A stretch of 54,770 nt of DNA, the filler included, from Sluysia triapertura (taxonomy: Eukaryota), in NCBI GenBank assembly GCA_046118255.1. It is 4 parts of 4 records of this genome, joined end to end, with 100 filler letters (N's around TTAATTAATTAA, not from the genome) between each part and the next. Parts side by side here need not be neighbours in the genome. Positions count along the whole stretch, not along the records: positions 16,393 to 30,626 come from JBJNIA010002340.1; positions 30,727 to 42,514 come from JBJNIA010170701.1; 2 more parts are not named here. The stretch is one strand, 5' to 3'. Of this stretch, positions 21,717 through 35,230 are shown one piece after another; within the stretch, counting starts at the first letter, position 1, and each line of letters opens with the position of its first letter. The notes beneath the pieces are model-generated. The model had not been told where the DNA came from and did no database searches. It was given only the letters and a program-made list of their open reading frames with translations. The position numbers and the translations under genes are program-made.

Positions 21717-22769
21717 ATATTAGAAATACTTCAACAAAGAGAAATATTAGAAGTAAAATATAAATACCGTCGTAAATGTGTAATTTAAAGAAAATACAAT
21801 TTTTATAAAAATTTTCCTTAAAGCAATTGGTCCACCTATAAGGTACGATTTACGACCACCTTGTAGGATTTAACTACTTGAAATAATTCATCGTGTGGGT
21901 CTATGTAAGTCAATAGTCCAATCAGAAAATTCTCAAAATCGTTAGGGGAATTAAGATATTTGTTCAAATTTGTTCACTAAAATTGTATAAAATTACACAC
22001 TAAATAAGTATAAATATATTAAAGCTAAATTTTAGCTAATTAATGCGGAAATGTTTTAACAAGATCGAAACTAAACTAAAGTTAAAACTAATTAATTAAT
22101 TAATTAATAATAGTGAAAAATATCAAATTATATAACTTTGTAATTAACTTACGTAATACTTCGTACCGATAACCTCCCAAATATTATTACGTAACTAATC
22201 AATATTATCAAATCCATACATTTTGTAAAATTGGCCAATAACAATTAAGGATGTATAATTCTTGTTTTTGTTAGTTAATTTTCTTACTATTAACGTAGTT
22301 ATAGATCAAAAAATAAAATACAAAAATATGTTAATATCATAGTTCATTACTTGACAATAAATACAATAAAAGATGAAACAGAAAAATTAAGCACTTTTTA
22401 TGATCATATCGCTTAAATAAGACTTGTAAAGTACATATAAATGTAATAAGGCCTTCTGCCTTACAATCTTTAAAAATGTACTTAATATGTTATGAATATA
22501 AAGCATATTCACGTCTACGCTAGACATCCTGCGTTCGATAATTCTCATTCGTAATGACCATGTTTTATCAAGAAAATATAAGTGAAAAATAAAATTATTT
22601 ATTCATAAACATTTAATATCATTAAGTATTGAAAAATTATCTTTTGGAAATTATTATTATTTTATGACTAATAATGATTAAATTTCATTTTATAATTTTT
22701 TTAAAAATAATTAATTAATTTAATTTATATTTCAATTTATGTAATTAATATACTTTATATATTCAGCAG

Positions 22770-22858
22770 ATGATGTGTGTTTGGGTTGGTTTAGCACAGG
22801 TGTGATCCACTATGATTTCATAAAACATGGCTCATGGATCCCGGCAGAAATATATATT
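22770..22858 (+). mobile_element. Mariner transposase fragment
   Basis: MMCVW, then after a frameshift WFSTGVIHYDFIKHGSWIPAEIY, matching the mariner MLCVWWD..GVIHYELL..G.TI.AE.Y segment. Confidence 0.6.
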
Positions 22859-22879
22859 CAAAATGATGCCAAAACTTAA

Positions 22880-23070
22880 ATAAAAATAGTCAACATATCA
22901 ACTCCTAACACTAGACCATACACTACACCTACAATAATTGGTGTCGGAATTTCCTCTACATTTACCAGACTTCGCTACCACTTCTTTCGCAATTTGGACT
23001 TTTTAATAGAAAAGCAATTTATGACATTGTTGTAAAACTGCCTTACAGTTATTCATCTGCCACTTAAATG
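22880..23070 (-). mobile_element. Possible piggyBac transposase C-terminal fragment
   Basis: Minus frame VEEIPTPIIVGVVYGLVLGVDML resembles piggyBac P.I...YN..MGGVD..D. Confidence 0.35.
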
Positions 23071-26000
23071 CAAGTGTACACACACAATATGGTGCATACG
23101 TTGATTAATAAGTTAATTCCTTATATTTGTAAGTTATCAATCAACTTTACCTCCTTTTCTATGAATTGCATCATGACCATCATGATGTGTTTATAATTAT
23201 TTAAATTAATGTGTAATTTCTATTTTTACTCTACTTGAAATATTATTAAGTAGATAACATTATCGTCACATTGAAAATAAAGTATTTAATAATAAGATAA
23301 TATTATTATCTCATACAATTAAATAACCGTGTAATATTCTCATAATTTTGACATAACCACGAAAAGCTTTATTATCATAGTGACTCATTTCGAAAACTAA
23401 TACTATTATTTACAACATATCGATTTTTTTATAATGTAATAATAAATTTTTTTATTGTAATTATTAAAAGATTGTGGTAAGTAAAAAATTTTATTTTGTT
23501 ATTGGAAAATGTGTTCTAATTTGTTGCCATCTTTTGTAGGATTTTATAATCAAATGGCAATATGACCATCTTTTATGAAAGTGTAATAGTAAACAATAGT
23601 CAAGATTATGTTTGATTGATAATTACGTCAAGTACGTCAGGTTTAAGTACAAAAAGCATCTACCTGCTTGTGTATACGTATTATGAAAACATGTATGCAA
23701 TCCAACTTTTTAAAAATGTAAAGAAAATTGTGTATGTTTTCAAAAAAACAATCTAATAATCAAATATAACTCAATAGAAATTATATTTCGGTTATTTGAA
23801 TCAAAATATATTGTCAAATTATGTAAACCTTATACTTCTTCAATGAAGATGAACAAAAATATAATATTTCAAGTAACACCTACCTTACAAGCAAATACGA
23901 AGAAAATAATGTGGAGATAAAGATACCTTTGTTCTATAATTATGTGTTAATTTATGAAATTAAAGTATTACATGCTATAAATCGATTTCATATTGAATTC
24001 ATTTTACAAAAGATTTAAATGCAAAACACAAAAAAAATGCCTGACTCAAAAAACATACTCAAATCGAATTTAAATTATGTATTTATTAATTTTATTTTAC
24101 TCCATTTAGTTTAAATATAGTGGCGCTTTTTTTAAAATTTAATTGGAATCAGTGTACTTTATACGTGTAATACAGTGATAATAAAAAATATGAGATGAGT
24201 TATTTAAATGTTAAGTAGAAAAACATTAAATCGCATTAAATCTTTGAAATCAATAATATAATAAGTTAATAATATTTTAATGGTGTTTTGTATTAAACAA
24301 ATAAAATTATTGTCTTATGATTTATGATTAATGAATTATGATTTATAAAGTAAAGTAATTTGTAAAGTATTTGTTGCTTTTAAATTGGAGGATAGAAGTA
24401 TTTAAAATTTTAGAATCTTGCTGATTCAGATAATCTAATTTATAAGAAGTTAAACTTTTACATCACTTTTCGAATTGATGATAGTAGATAATAATTTCTA
24501 TTCAAAGCACTAAGGTGACCACTTCTGTCCACTCTATTAGCATTACAATGATCGTCACTGTAATCTTTATTATTGTTATTATCGTTGTCATCATCAGTAT
24601 CGAGCATCATAAAGTAAAAATTAAAATTTTATGGTCTTGAAGGTCACTGTATGTTTTAAATAAACTTTATACCGTTAAGTGATAAAACTTTAAAAAATAA
24701 TAATATAATAATAATTATAATGAAGTTATAATTACAATAAAAACTAATAATGATAATAATAATAATAAAATAATATAATTAAAATTAAAGCAATAATTAA
24801 TTTGAAGATTAATTTTCTGAATGAATATTTGTTATTATTTTTATTAATAAAGTTGAGTTAATAAGCTATTTTCGCAGTAGTAACAACGAAAAAAACACTT
24901 AGACTAGACGGATTCGATTAATCCAACAAAATTCAATGAAAGTACAAATATTTCTAATTTTATTTCTTTCAATTACATTGGATTATTTATTTCAAATACA
25001 GTTTGGTCACAGGACGGAAGAAATTTCTTAGAATCTGGACAATCTCGTCTTGAATAATATAATAAGTTTGCTGGAGTAAGGTTCAAGTTTGTTTAAAGCA
25101 AGCTTAATATTTTGATAATCTTTCTGTTTAAATTTTTCGATTTTGTTTTTATTATCATATAAGCATAACTTAGCATTGCACATATAAATTAATAGTAATA
25201 TATTGATAAAATTCTATAAGGATGCCTATCAGAAGTTCATAAATCACTCATTATAGACAAACCAAATAATTTTTTTATATTTGTCATAGGTTGGAATAAT
25301 ATGAAACCACAACATAAAATATGTAGTAACACTAATCCACAGAAAAAATAATTCAAAATGGGGAAACATCTTTATTAGATAAAAAGAGAGTAAGAATGTT
25401 AGTAAAATTTGATGATTTTGTAGCATTTGATGGTAAAATAAACAATGAGTAATAAATAAACTTTGTTCAACAAGTTAAAAAGTATAATCTTTATTTTACA
25501 TTATTTGTATGATAATGCATCCATTCATGCAATTATACTTACATTATACTTATATTATACTTATATTATACTTATATTTTAAAAAGAATTTTTTATTAGA
25601 TTTTAACCATCACATAAAACGGAAATGTCTGAAATTCTAAAATTTGTAATTTATTAAAATTAAAATAAGTATCTATAAATAAGATAAATATTTTGAAAGT
25701 TTTGCACATTTATTTGCATGATATATGAAAATAAAGTGCGTTTTAATAATAATATAATTATCTCGGTTTATAAGTCAAGTACCTTTTTATTGTTTGTAAT
25801 ATTACCTATCTCAAAATTATTAAAACTGTATTATTCCTCTATTGTTTTTATTATATTAATACATTATTTTGTTTTAATTAACACATTGAGGACGGATAAC
25901 GGAAATTCATGCAATAAATAAACTTTCTCCGAAGTTTTTATTACTTTTTTTTATTAAATATTTACTAAAAACATTCGGGAATTCAAGCTATATACTTTTC

Positions 26001-28166
26001 ACTACAAATTGCGCTCTATGTGTTAAAATTATTATGTTACAAATGAGTATGACTGACGGAAAACCATTAAAATGATACCAATTAACGACAAACTATTTCT
26101 GTGTATGGTTTTATCGAATTAAATATGTTTTGTTTACTGCAACTTTGAATATAATTTTGTCTATAAATATTTTAAATATTTGAAATATTTTTAAAATTTA
26201 TAAAATGGTTAAGATAAATATTTTAAAAGTATAAAAATAGTAAGTACGGTGGATATAAAAAAATCCTCGAAAAAGAAAACTTAGTACTAATTTTTTCCTT
26301 ATGAGTGTAATATCTGTAAATAAATTGGTTCTGCGAATTTTACCATAATTGCGGTCTCTAGAGTAAAAATAAATTATTCATTTTTAAACAACTTTCCGAC
26401 TTTCCATCTTCGAAACCTCCAATCAATCATAAAGGCGATTACAACATTACCGATAATGCAATACTTTTCACATGGTTTTCCTGTTCTATCGAAGATCACT
26501 TGTTATTCTTATTCACAACAAATAAATATACAGTATACCTGTTTGCTTGAACTCTGATCCTCTTTCTTTTTTCTACCAGCTCCTGGATTGTCAAACGTAT
26601 CATAAATAATGTCTTTATAAACTATTAACGCTTATTAAACGTTGCCATAATTCTTCAACACATTACAAATGGTTTGTTCACATTACACAGCCACATTGGT
26701 TGCTAGTTTGTATGTCTGTTAGTAACATTTCTCCTTATCTCATCATCCCGACGACAATAATTCTCAACTCTGGCAGCATCAAGAACTAAACTCCTAATGC
26801 ACTAAAAATTGACATTTATATATGTATTGTGTAACAGACTAAATGTCCTTATGTATATAAAAGTAATCTCTATCTTTTGTTTTTTATACAAGTAAAAAAA
26901 TTAAAAATTAAGTTTTGTATTTATTATCGTTACACATATTGTTGATTTACCACCTAAGTATTAATTTTTCAAATTCTTCAAAAAAATTAATTAAGATTAA
27001 TCCAAAAAACTTATACTAAATAGTTCAATTATGAATGATGAACAAACCAAATAGTTGTAAAAAAATCATGATTAAATATCGAAAGATAAAATTTTTATAT
27101 AGATAATTTATGAATTTTGTATTTTACAAATTAAACAACTTACTTTATTTTTATCTAATTCAAAAATATGAATTTGAATTTAAAATATTTTTACAATTGT
27201 ACTTAACACAAACTCATTTTTTCATCTACATTTTTAATTTAATTAATAGACAACATTAAAACTTCAATCAATATAAAATGAATTTTATTATACAAATAAA
27301 CATACTTAAAACTTACCTAATAATAATAATTTCAGACATGATTTTTGTTTCTTTTCGTGATTGATAACTTTATTAATTTTTTTGTTAAGTTGTCTTCTTT
27401 GGTGATTAATAGAATCAGTAGCTATTGCTTCATCGGATTTTGCTTTAGAAATACAGTGCATCCACAAAATAGTATAATTTTCAAATTAATAATCCAGTAC
27501 GAGAAATAAAATTGTTCTTTTTAGTTTCAAATTAGTATATACCTTTTATATTTATATATACCTTATATATATTTTTAGTTCAAAGTTTATGTAAAATTAG
27601 TACAAATTAAATATATATATATTACATAAACTTGTTTTATTCAATAATAATTGACAATTCAAAAGTCAATCATTCTTCGTTAATTTAGAAGTTCACTCAT
27701 AATTACTTGAACGTTTAAATACGATAATATTATGCAGTGTGTGCAAAATAGATCCACAACAATAGTGTATAAAATAGAACATTTATAAAGTCCTCGAATT
27801 AGTACACATGCCTTCATAATAATTTAATTTTTCTGCGTGTATTAAATTACTACATTATACTAAATTTTAAATTACTATTTAAAGTAAATAATCAGACAAT
27901 TATATTTTATTCTTGTAATAAAAATTAATTTTTTTTAAATTATTTTGTTTTACTTATGGTGCAATTACACTAAGATTCACAAAATTATTTATTTTCAATT
28001 ATAAAATTATAACTTTGTTGGTGATCATAACTTTATGTAGATGTTTTGTATCTTTACTAAGAATACTTACCTTTAAAGATCCTTTTCATATTGTGTTAGC
28101 TTTATGATTCAAATTAATCAATGAAGTTAATATATTTAGTTCTTAAGTTGTCTCTGGTGGTAGTGT

Positions 28167-28316
28167 TAGACTTCAATAAATGCACTGATCGGGAATCGAA
28201 CCCGGACCCTCTTACTTCACATCTGTGTGTTAGATGCTCTGACCACTAAGTTATCAGTCCCGTCTAACAATTTTATTTTGATATAGTTATACTATCATTC
28301 TAAATGGCACTTTAGA
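28167..28316 (-). mobile_element. tRNA-derived interspersed repeat, copy 2
   Basis: Minus strand reads GGACTGATAACTTAGTGGTCAGAGC...CCGGGTTCGATTCCCGATCAGTGC, then ATTTATTGAAGTC as in copy 1. Confidence 0.75.
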
Positions 28317-29299
28317 CCTTTATTGTGAAAGAAAATGTAATGATACAGTCAACAAGAAAATAATGTTTTTTTAAATTTAGTGTTTTATTTGAAAACTACT
28401 TACAAAATGAGTTTCATATACTAATTGTGGGTTCGGCTGTAGTGAACGGTTTGTCAGGACCATGGATTACCACATATAGATTCTGAAATAATAATAATAA
28501 TAATGATAATAATAATAATATTTATAACAAACTAAATAACCTAAGATATGATTATCTGCAATGTGGTATTAATAATTCTAACCTGTTTTGTACTAATGAA
28601 AATAATTTTATATAAAATAAAGTAAATAATTAATTGAGAAAAACGTACTGATAACTTGATTTATTTACATATATAAATGAATCATGTAGCTTAGTGATGA
28701 CCAGAATTTAGTAATTAGTATATTGTTCGTCACATTGTTGGTTGCTACCCTGTGATTCGGTATTGGTATTATTCGTGGAAGAGTGCGCTCATCACATTGC
28801 TGGTTATTAATTTACAGTTCGATTGTGGTATTATTCTTAAGACAGCGAGATCATTAATTTTCCTCTGTTTAACGTTTATTTGGTTGTTTCCGTCAAATTA
28901 CATTTTATTAATTTATTTTTCAAAGAACAACCTAATTTTATTGATCACAATCAAGTTATCAATAAGTTGATTCTGTTCGAAGTAAATTACTTGTTAATTG
29001 TGTGTCTAGTTCTACACCAGACATAATTAAGTTTTTAAATTTCTTTTAAAAACAACACCAGAGGTGACTCTAGCTATAATAATTTATATTTATTATTTTA
29101 TATTAGTTTATATTAATTATAACTTTTGTCTATAAATGTGTTCAGTAACTTTGTATGTAATAGTTTTAATCGGTGTTGTTTTAATAGACTGTAGTGTTTT
29201 ATTTAATTCTTTTCATTCGAATAATAAAAACAACTTTAATCGAAGAAAGTAATAATAATTGTTAATGTAATTGTGAATAAGCAAAAAAGAAAGCATTAA

Positions 29300-29490
29300 T
29301 TATTAATAAAAGAATGTTATAAAGTATTAGGACATGCTTTGATTAAGTAAATAATAAGATGATTCAGGCAAGATATTACTAATTTCGAAGAAACAACTTA
29401 ATGAAAGTTTTGATAATTCAGATCACAATCAAACACAAATTAACTATTAAACGAGAAGTTGATCAAGGAAGTAGTTTAAATTTTAGATGA
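29300..29490 (+). mobile_element. Possible LINE RT remnant
   Basis: ITIKHKLTIKREVDQGSSL resembles the RT I.RGV.QG..LSP motif; otherwise degraded. Confidence 0.3.
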
Positions 29491-30626
29491 TGATACCATA
29501 GTAAGTATTTAAGAAGTAAGTTTAAATATAATTTTGTTTGTGGTAATTGATTGTAAAAGAATTATTTACTCTAACTGCAGAAATAAATAATAAAAATAGT
29601 CGAGAACATATTGATCGAATTTTAAAGGAAAAAATTAAGGAAAATTAAATAAGCATTATTCACATAGTATAAGGACGAAGTGTGCTTCACTCTTAGTACT
29701 TGCATTTAGTAAACCCCACTGACTCGATAAATTCGAAAAATTTGTAAGTATCAAAAATTTATAACCCCTAGTAAAGAAATATTAAGAGAAAGAGTACAGT
29801 AAGAAAAGCGATTGTATAATATTAACTTAAGACGCAAGAAGCTATAGTAACGACTCGAAAGCTTCAAAGTTTGGCAATAACATTTTTTTAAAGAAGATTT
29901 TAAGTAAAAGAGAATAATCTCGAATTTATAACTGCTGTTACGTACAAATACGTCACCTTAGATTTAAACCGTATATCGTAAGTGGACCCTGATTATATTT
30001 TATAATTTGCTAAAATAAGAGTAAACACTAGCCAGTTTGCATCTATAGGATTTTGGAATTAAAATGAAGTTTAATCTCTGCTAATGATCTTTACTTAAAA
30101 TATGCTCTAATCAAATTTGTTGACACTTTTAAATGACTCCTCTTAGTACAATTCATTTACTAAATAACTCGTAATTAGTAATATAATAACTTATTCCTCT
30201 TATTTAATTCCCTCATAAAATATTTTTCGTTAATCCTTTAAAACAATTTGGTTCTCCTATTTTAGTTTCCTTTTATCTTTTATAAAAAGATACAGTTTAC
30301 AATGTTAATATATACAATTTATAACATACAAATTAAACTACTAATAGTAACATTTTGATTTTTTGTAATTAGACATATTCTAACTTCGAAAATTATAATG
30401 TTATGTTTCTTCAGATTTTATCCCTAAGTTTAATTAAGGTTACAACTTCTTAAAAAAACTTACGACGTTACATATATGCAAGATTTAGTATGAAAAGTAT
30501 GTAGAATAAAACTTAAAGCTAGTGAGTTCACCAACGTATTGGACTTACTAACTGAATGGCCAACCGTTGGATTTTCTTAACGTAAAAAGTAAAATGGAGG
30601 TCAAAAGGATTAGTCGAATATTAATA

Positions 30627-30726
30627 NNNNNNNNNNNNNNNNNNNNNNNNNNNNNNNNNNNNNNNNNNNNTTAATTAATTAANNNNNNNNNNNNNNNNNN
30701 NNNNNNNNNNNNNNNNNNNNNNNNNN
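30627..30726. other. Artificial contig spacer
   Basis: Same N44-TTAATTAATTAA-N44 structure. Confidence 0.97.
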
Positions 30727-30822
30727 TAAAATATTTAAATGTAAAAATTCTCACTTTTAATAATCCACATAAAATTATTGATAAAAATCCGAAAGTTTTT
30801 TACATAATAAACATAATTTAAG

Positions 30823-30924
30823 TTCAAATGTTCATAATCATAATAAATATAATCAAAGTTCATGTTTAACTTAAATTTCAAATGTTCATAATCATAATAA
30901 ATATAATCAAAGTTCATGTTTAAC
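30823..30924. repeat. Two-copy tandem duplication, period 54 bp
   Basis: ttcaaatgttcataatcataataaatataatcaaagttcatgtttaac occurs at 30823-30870 and 30877-30924. Confidence 0.9.
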
Positions 30925-31140
30925 ATTACTGTATGCAAGTTTATATCACGATTTTATGTATATTACCTTAATGGACATTGTGTCCAAAAGTCGATATAAA
31001 ATTATCTCAATTCATGCAGTAGACATTGGTAACCAACATGTTTTGCGAAACTCGTTTAAATTTAAGTTTTCATATTACAAACAGATTTATGTCATAATTT
31101 TACTTCATTTATCTTAACAAGGAAAGCGATCAGATATCAT

Positions 31141-31143
<3 letters not shown>

Positions 31144-31177
<34 letters not shown>
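31144..31177. repeat. (TA)n microsatellite
   Basis: Read directly from the sequence. Confidence 0.95.
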
Positions 31178-31180
<3 letters not shown>

Positions 31181-34043
31181 TGTGTGTTCCACGAACAAAT
31201 CAAACATTAGTTATGTATTTATTTATCAATATGAAAAAATAATTATTACAAAAGGTGTATTATACAAAAACTAAATAAATTAAATTCACACAATTAGTTT
31301 ACATAAGTAAAGAATAATAATATAAGCAATAATATTGATAATCGTTTTAAATAAAATGCCGATTACTCGGTCATGTTGATCGTATTTTGTGATTTATCGC
31401 AAGGACCAACAGAAATAAAATGATTTTATAATTTAGTATTACTTTATTATTGGTCTTAAGGACGAACAGAAATATAGATATTTTACGTAGATTTTATAAC
31501 TCTTGCGAGTATACAAGTACTTATATAATTTAAACTTACTACTTGGTTTTACAAATGAATAAAATATTCGATTTCCACAGTCGTCCGAATTGAATATCTA
31601 GGATTGACTTTATCTTTGTAATCTCACACCAATTGTAATATCAAATAGCAATGAAAATTATACAATCTTTGTCTAATTTCTTAATTTTCACTTGCACATT
31701 AATTGTGCTCTTTATCATAAAATTGTAATTGTAACTAGTTTTGTTGCTATTTAAATAGTATACTGGCTATAAAAAGCCATATTAATAATTTTAATTAATT
31801 TAAACAATTTGTTCTAGTATATTCCTTTTTAATTAATTTTTCAATATAATTAAATTTTATTTTTTAATTTTAATACAATTTAATTATAATTTTTTAACTA
31901 AGAATAATTTTAAAATCAACTCAAATTTCAATTGTTATTTGTGGCTCGAATAATTCCAGCTTTAAAATAAATATAAATTTTTTAAATAAATTTTTTATAT
32001 AAATAAATATAAATTATTAAAACATTTATATTTATTATAAAGGATAATTAATTGTTATTCATTATGTGATTTATTTTTGTCTGACAATATATCTAGTATC
32101 TATTTACATCAATTTTATTAAATGTATTTAAATTTTGTTTTTTTCTTGTAATACATATTCACATTATTTAATTTTTATTAAATTAGAAAGTTAGAATTAA
32201 CTAAATTAAGCATAAATTACGTCTTAATAAGAACAGAAAGAGATAAAAAAATCATTAATAAGAATCATATTAAAGGTGTAAAAACAAATAAAGGTCCTTA
32301 GTATTAACTAATTTCGAATTATATAAAATCCTGGATGTGTCTTCAGAAAAATGCGTCGATTACAGGCGGACCCGAATAATAATTTATATTTGCTAAGTAA
32401 ACTAAATTTTAAAGATAGCAAAAGCAAATATGATCCTGTTACCTTATTCTTAGATTCATTCACTAGTAGATGTATAAGCGTATTCACGAATAAATATATA
32501 ATGGAATTTCAAAATAGTTCTACACCAACCACATGGCTCATTTACGACACGTCGTTCGCAAAAAAACTTCTATCATGCATATTAATATTACAAAAAGATC
32601 AAATTGAAACGTTCTTTCAAAATCTCAACAAAGTAAAAAATAACAAAACCTAGATCAATTAAAATCGATTTCCAAAGTTACAACACAATTACAATCTAAA
32701 TTCAATTTTAAAATCAAACGTAATTTGAATTAGAAAAGGAATTTATATATTTATATTTTAAATTAATTTAGGCAGAATTTTAAATTCAGGATAACATACT
32801 TTATAGTATCACACACATTATTTCCAAATATCAAAATTAATCTATAAATGTTCTCCGACAATATAAATGTGGTGGCCAACCTATTACCTTAATAAATTTT
32901 ATCAAAAATTTATATTACACAATTTCAAAATTCATCAAAAACATTCTTCTTACACAAGTTTTTAGTCAACACAACCTCACTCCCAAAATCAACAACTTAC
33001 ATTTCTAAATTCACAATTTAATTCAATATAATTAAAATCATATCCGTTCCAACACCACATAACAACTTTGTTATATCTTATTTCTTTTCACATTCACCAA
33101 AATCAACTTCAATTATTCAAAACATTTCAAAATCTACCATTTATATTCTAAAATCAACGTAAAACAATATTAAACTAAATCAACATATTATACATAAAAT
33201 CATACTCTTAAACATTTTAACATTCTCATATTTATTTCCTCTACATCCACTAAAACAATTCATCCTCTAAAATCAATTTAAATCAATTTAAGCAAGATTA
33301 CTTATTTACTTAAAGAAAATAAATCACATTTTCAACATTGTACAATCACCTTTTGAACACATCACAAACTAGACTATAACTTATCTATTGCTCATACACT
33401 AAACTATTTCCTTATAACATATTAGTAACTCGCAATCTATTAACATTTTCAGCTAGAAACATTATTTCATTTAGAACATTAAGGTCTATTCTAAAATCTA
33501 CATAAAACATTCATATTGTTTCAAAATATTTAAAACCTAAAATTATTTTCGCTTGAAATGATCAAACAGTATTAAATTTACACTAAAACGCTTTACGCAT
33601 TATCTTACAAAATCAGCGTCACTATTACACCTTGAAGTCTTATCCAGGACGCGTAACATTAGGCTGAAGTATCATAATTCATAATTCTTTAAGATTGGTC
33701 TATTTCAAAAATTTAAATATATAAGAAAAATTAAAGATAAAAGAAAAGATTGTTTTTAAGTAATCTAAAGACTTGGTGCAGTTATAGCAATAATAATGAC
33801 AATAACATTGTTGTTATAAAATTATTATTGTTATCATCGTTTTTCCTCCTTGTTTTCAACTTTAATGTGTCGAGAAGCTTAAGATATAACAGAAAGTTTA
33901 TGTTCTAAAACATTCCAAGAATTTTTGCGTTTTTAGGATTATAATAGTAATATTTTTGTTGTTAGTATTATTAGCACCATTTTTTAATTTTAACATTTGT
34001 ATTTTTAATTAATTTTATCGCGATATTCATTAATTTAGTAACT

Positions 34044-34105
34044 ACCACTATAAGTGGTGACTGCATTCATTTACATTTACAGTCAATGTCACCACTGATA
34101 GTGGT
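34044..34105. repeat. Inverted repeat with self-palindromic arms (hairpin or MITE-like)
   Basis: accactataagtggtgac (34044-34061) versus gtcaccactgatagtggt (34088-34105), 17/18 complementary. Confidence 0.75.
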
Positions 34106-34338
34106 TTGCATATATTATCGTTCATTGCTACTACTAATGCATTACTGCTTTTATTATTTCAATACTTCTGGTCGGATGACCAATCAAGAATAACTTTATC
34201 TCAAATTTGACAGTAATTAAAAAAATTGTAAAACATTTTATAGATTTGTTGTTCTAATTCTAAGAATACTGAAACTTATTTATGCTGTGTGCTAAATCTA
34301 AACGTTATGAAAGGTTTGACGCTGGAGGTGAATTAATA

Positions 34339-34512
34339 AACGACAATGATTACAAACTTAACAATTATAAAGGTGATGATTTCAAAGCTAACGATTATAA
34401 AGATGATGATTACGAAATTAACGATGATAAAGATGATGATTACAAGGTTAACGATAACAAAATTGTTGATTACGAACTTAACGATTATAATAATGATGAT
34501 TACGAAGCTAAC
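34339..34512 (+). repeat. 30-bp minisatellite (~6 units), open in one frame (NDYKDDDY[KE]x-like)
   Basis: A unit close to aacgattataaagatgatgattacgaaatt recurs at 30-bp spacing inside ORF 34282-34611. Confidence 0.88.
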
Positions 34513-34719
34513 ATGATTGCCTTTTGTCCATTCGCCACGGATAAATATGGCATGTCTAAAGAATGGAAGTCATTGTTGTTAAGCGCATACAGTATACGAA
34601 TTAGAATCTAACAAAAAGAATGAAACAAGTTGTGATCATCAATCAGCAAGAATAGTTGGACTACTCAGAAGCACAAATATTTAAGTTAAATTATTGTTAT
34701 ATTAATATTACTTATTATT

Positions 34720-35230
34720 TTTAGATGTTTTATGATGAGATTCATATTCGATATTGAATCTTCTTCAAGCTTAACATTGAAAGGTCTTAATGAAATTTCG
34801 AAAAAATATGCAGATTCTATAAGACATAGAACAGTTTAAAAAATTATGATAAGGAAACTACGACTTACAAATACATAAATAACGTACAGCTTCTTTAAAT
34901 CATTTAAAAATGGGAAAGATACTAAGATGCAATGTTTGTGTTCCATATAATTTGCAACAGAGACGTTTCGTAGAGTGCCGGTCTTTTTGGACAGACTTGT
35001 TACAAAAAGCATTGACTTTTATGTGTCATCAATAAAAGTTTCTGCATTTGGAAAATGACTGGAGCCACAAGGTATGAATTAATGAAAATGCTAAAAATTT
35101 ATCGCAGAAATTACACCTCTTAAACCAGAAAATACTAGAAATTTGACCAGCATTGATCAAAAGGAAAGGTGTGATTTTGCTTCTTGACAATACTTCAAAA
35201 TTGTCAATTTGAAAATTCTGCCGCACATCA
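34720..35230 (+). mobile_element. Decayed mariner transposase
   Basis: Fragments KMGKILRCNVCVPYNL (WVPHEL-like) and PALIKRKGVILLLDN...PH (compare mariner RPALVNRKGVILLHDNARPH); many stops. Confidence 0.7.

Noticed and set aside
34339-34512. CRISPR array or synthetic 3xFLAG tag
   Set aside because: The units are contiguous and diverged with no unique spacers, no cas genes and no vector context; the locus is eukaryotic.
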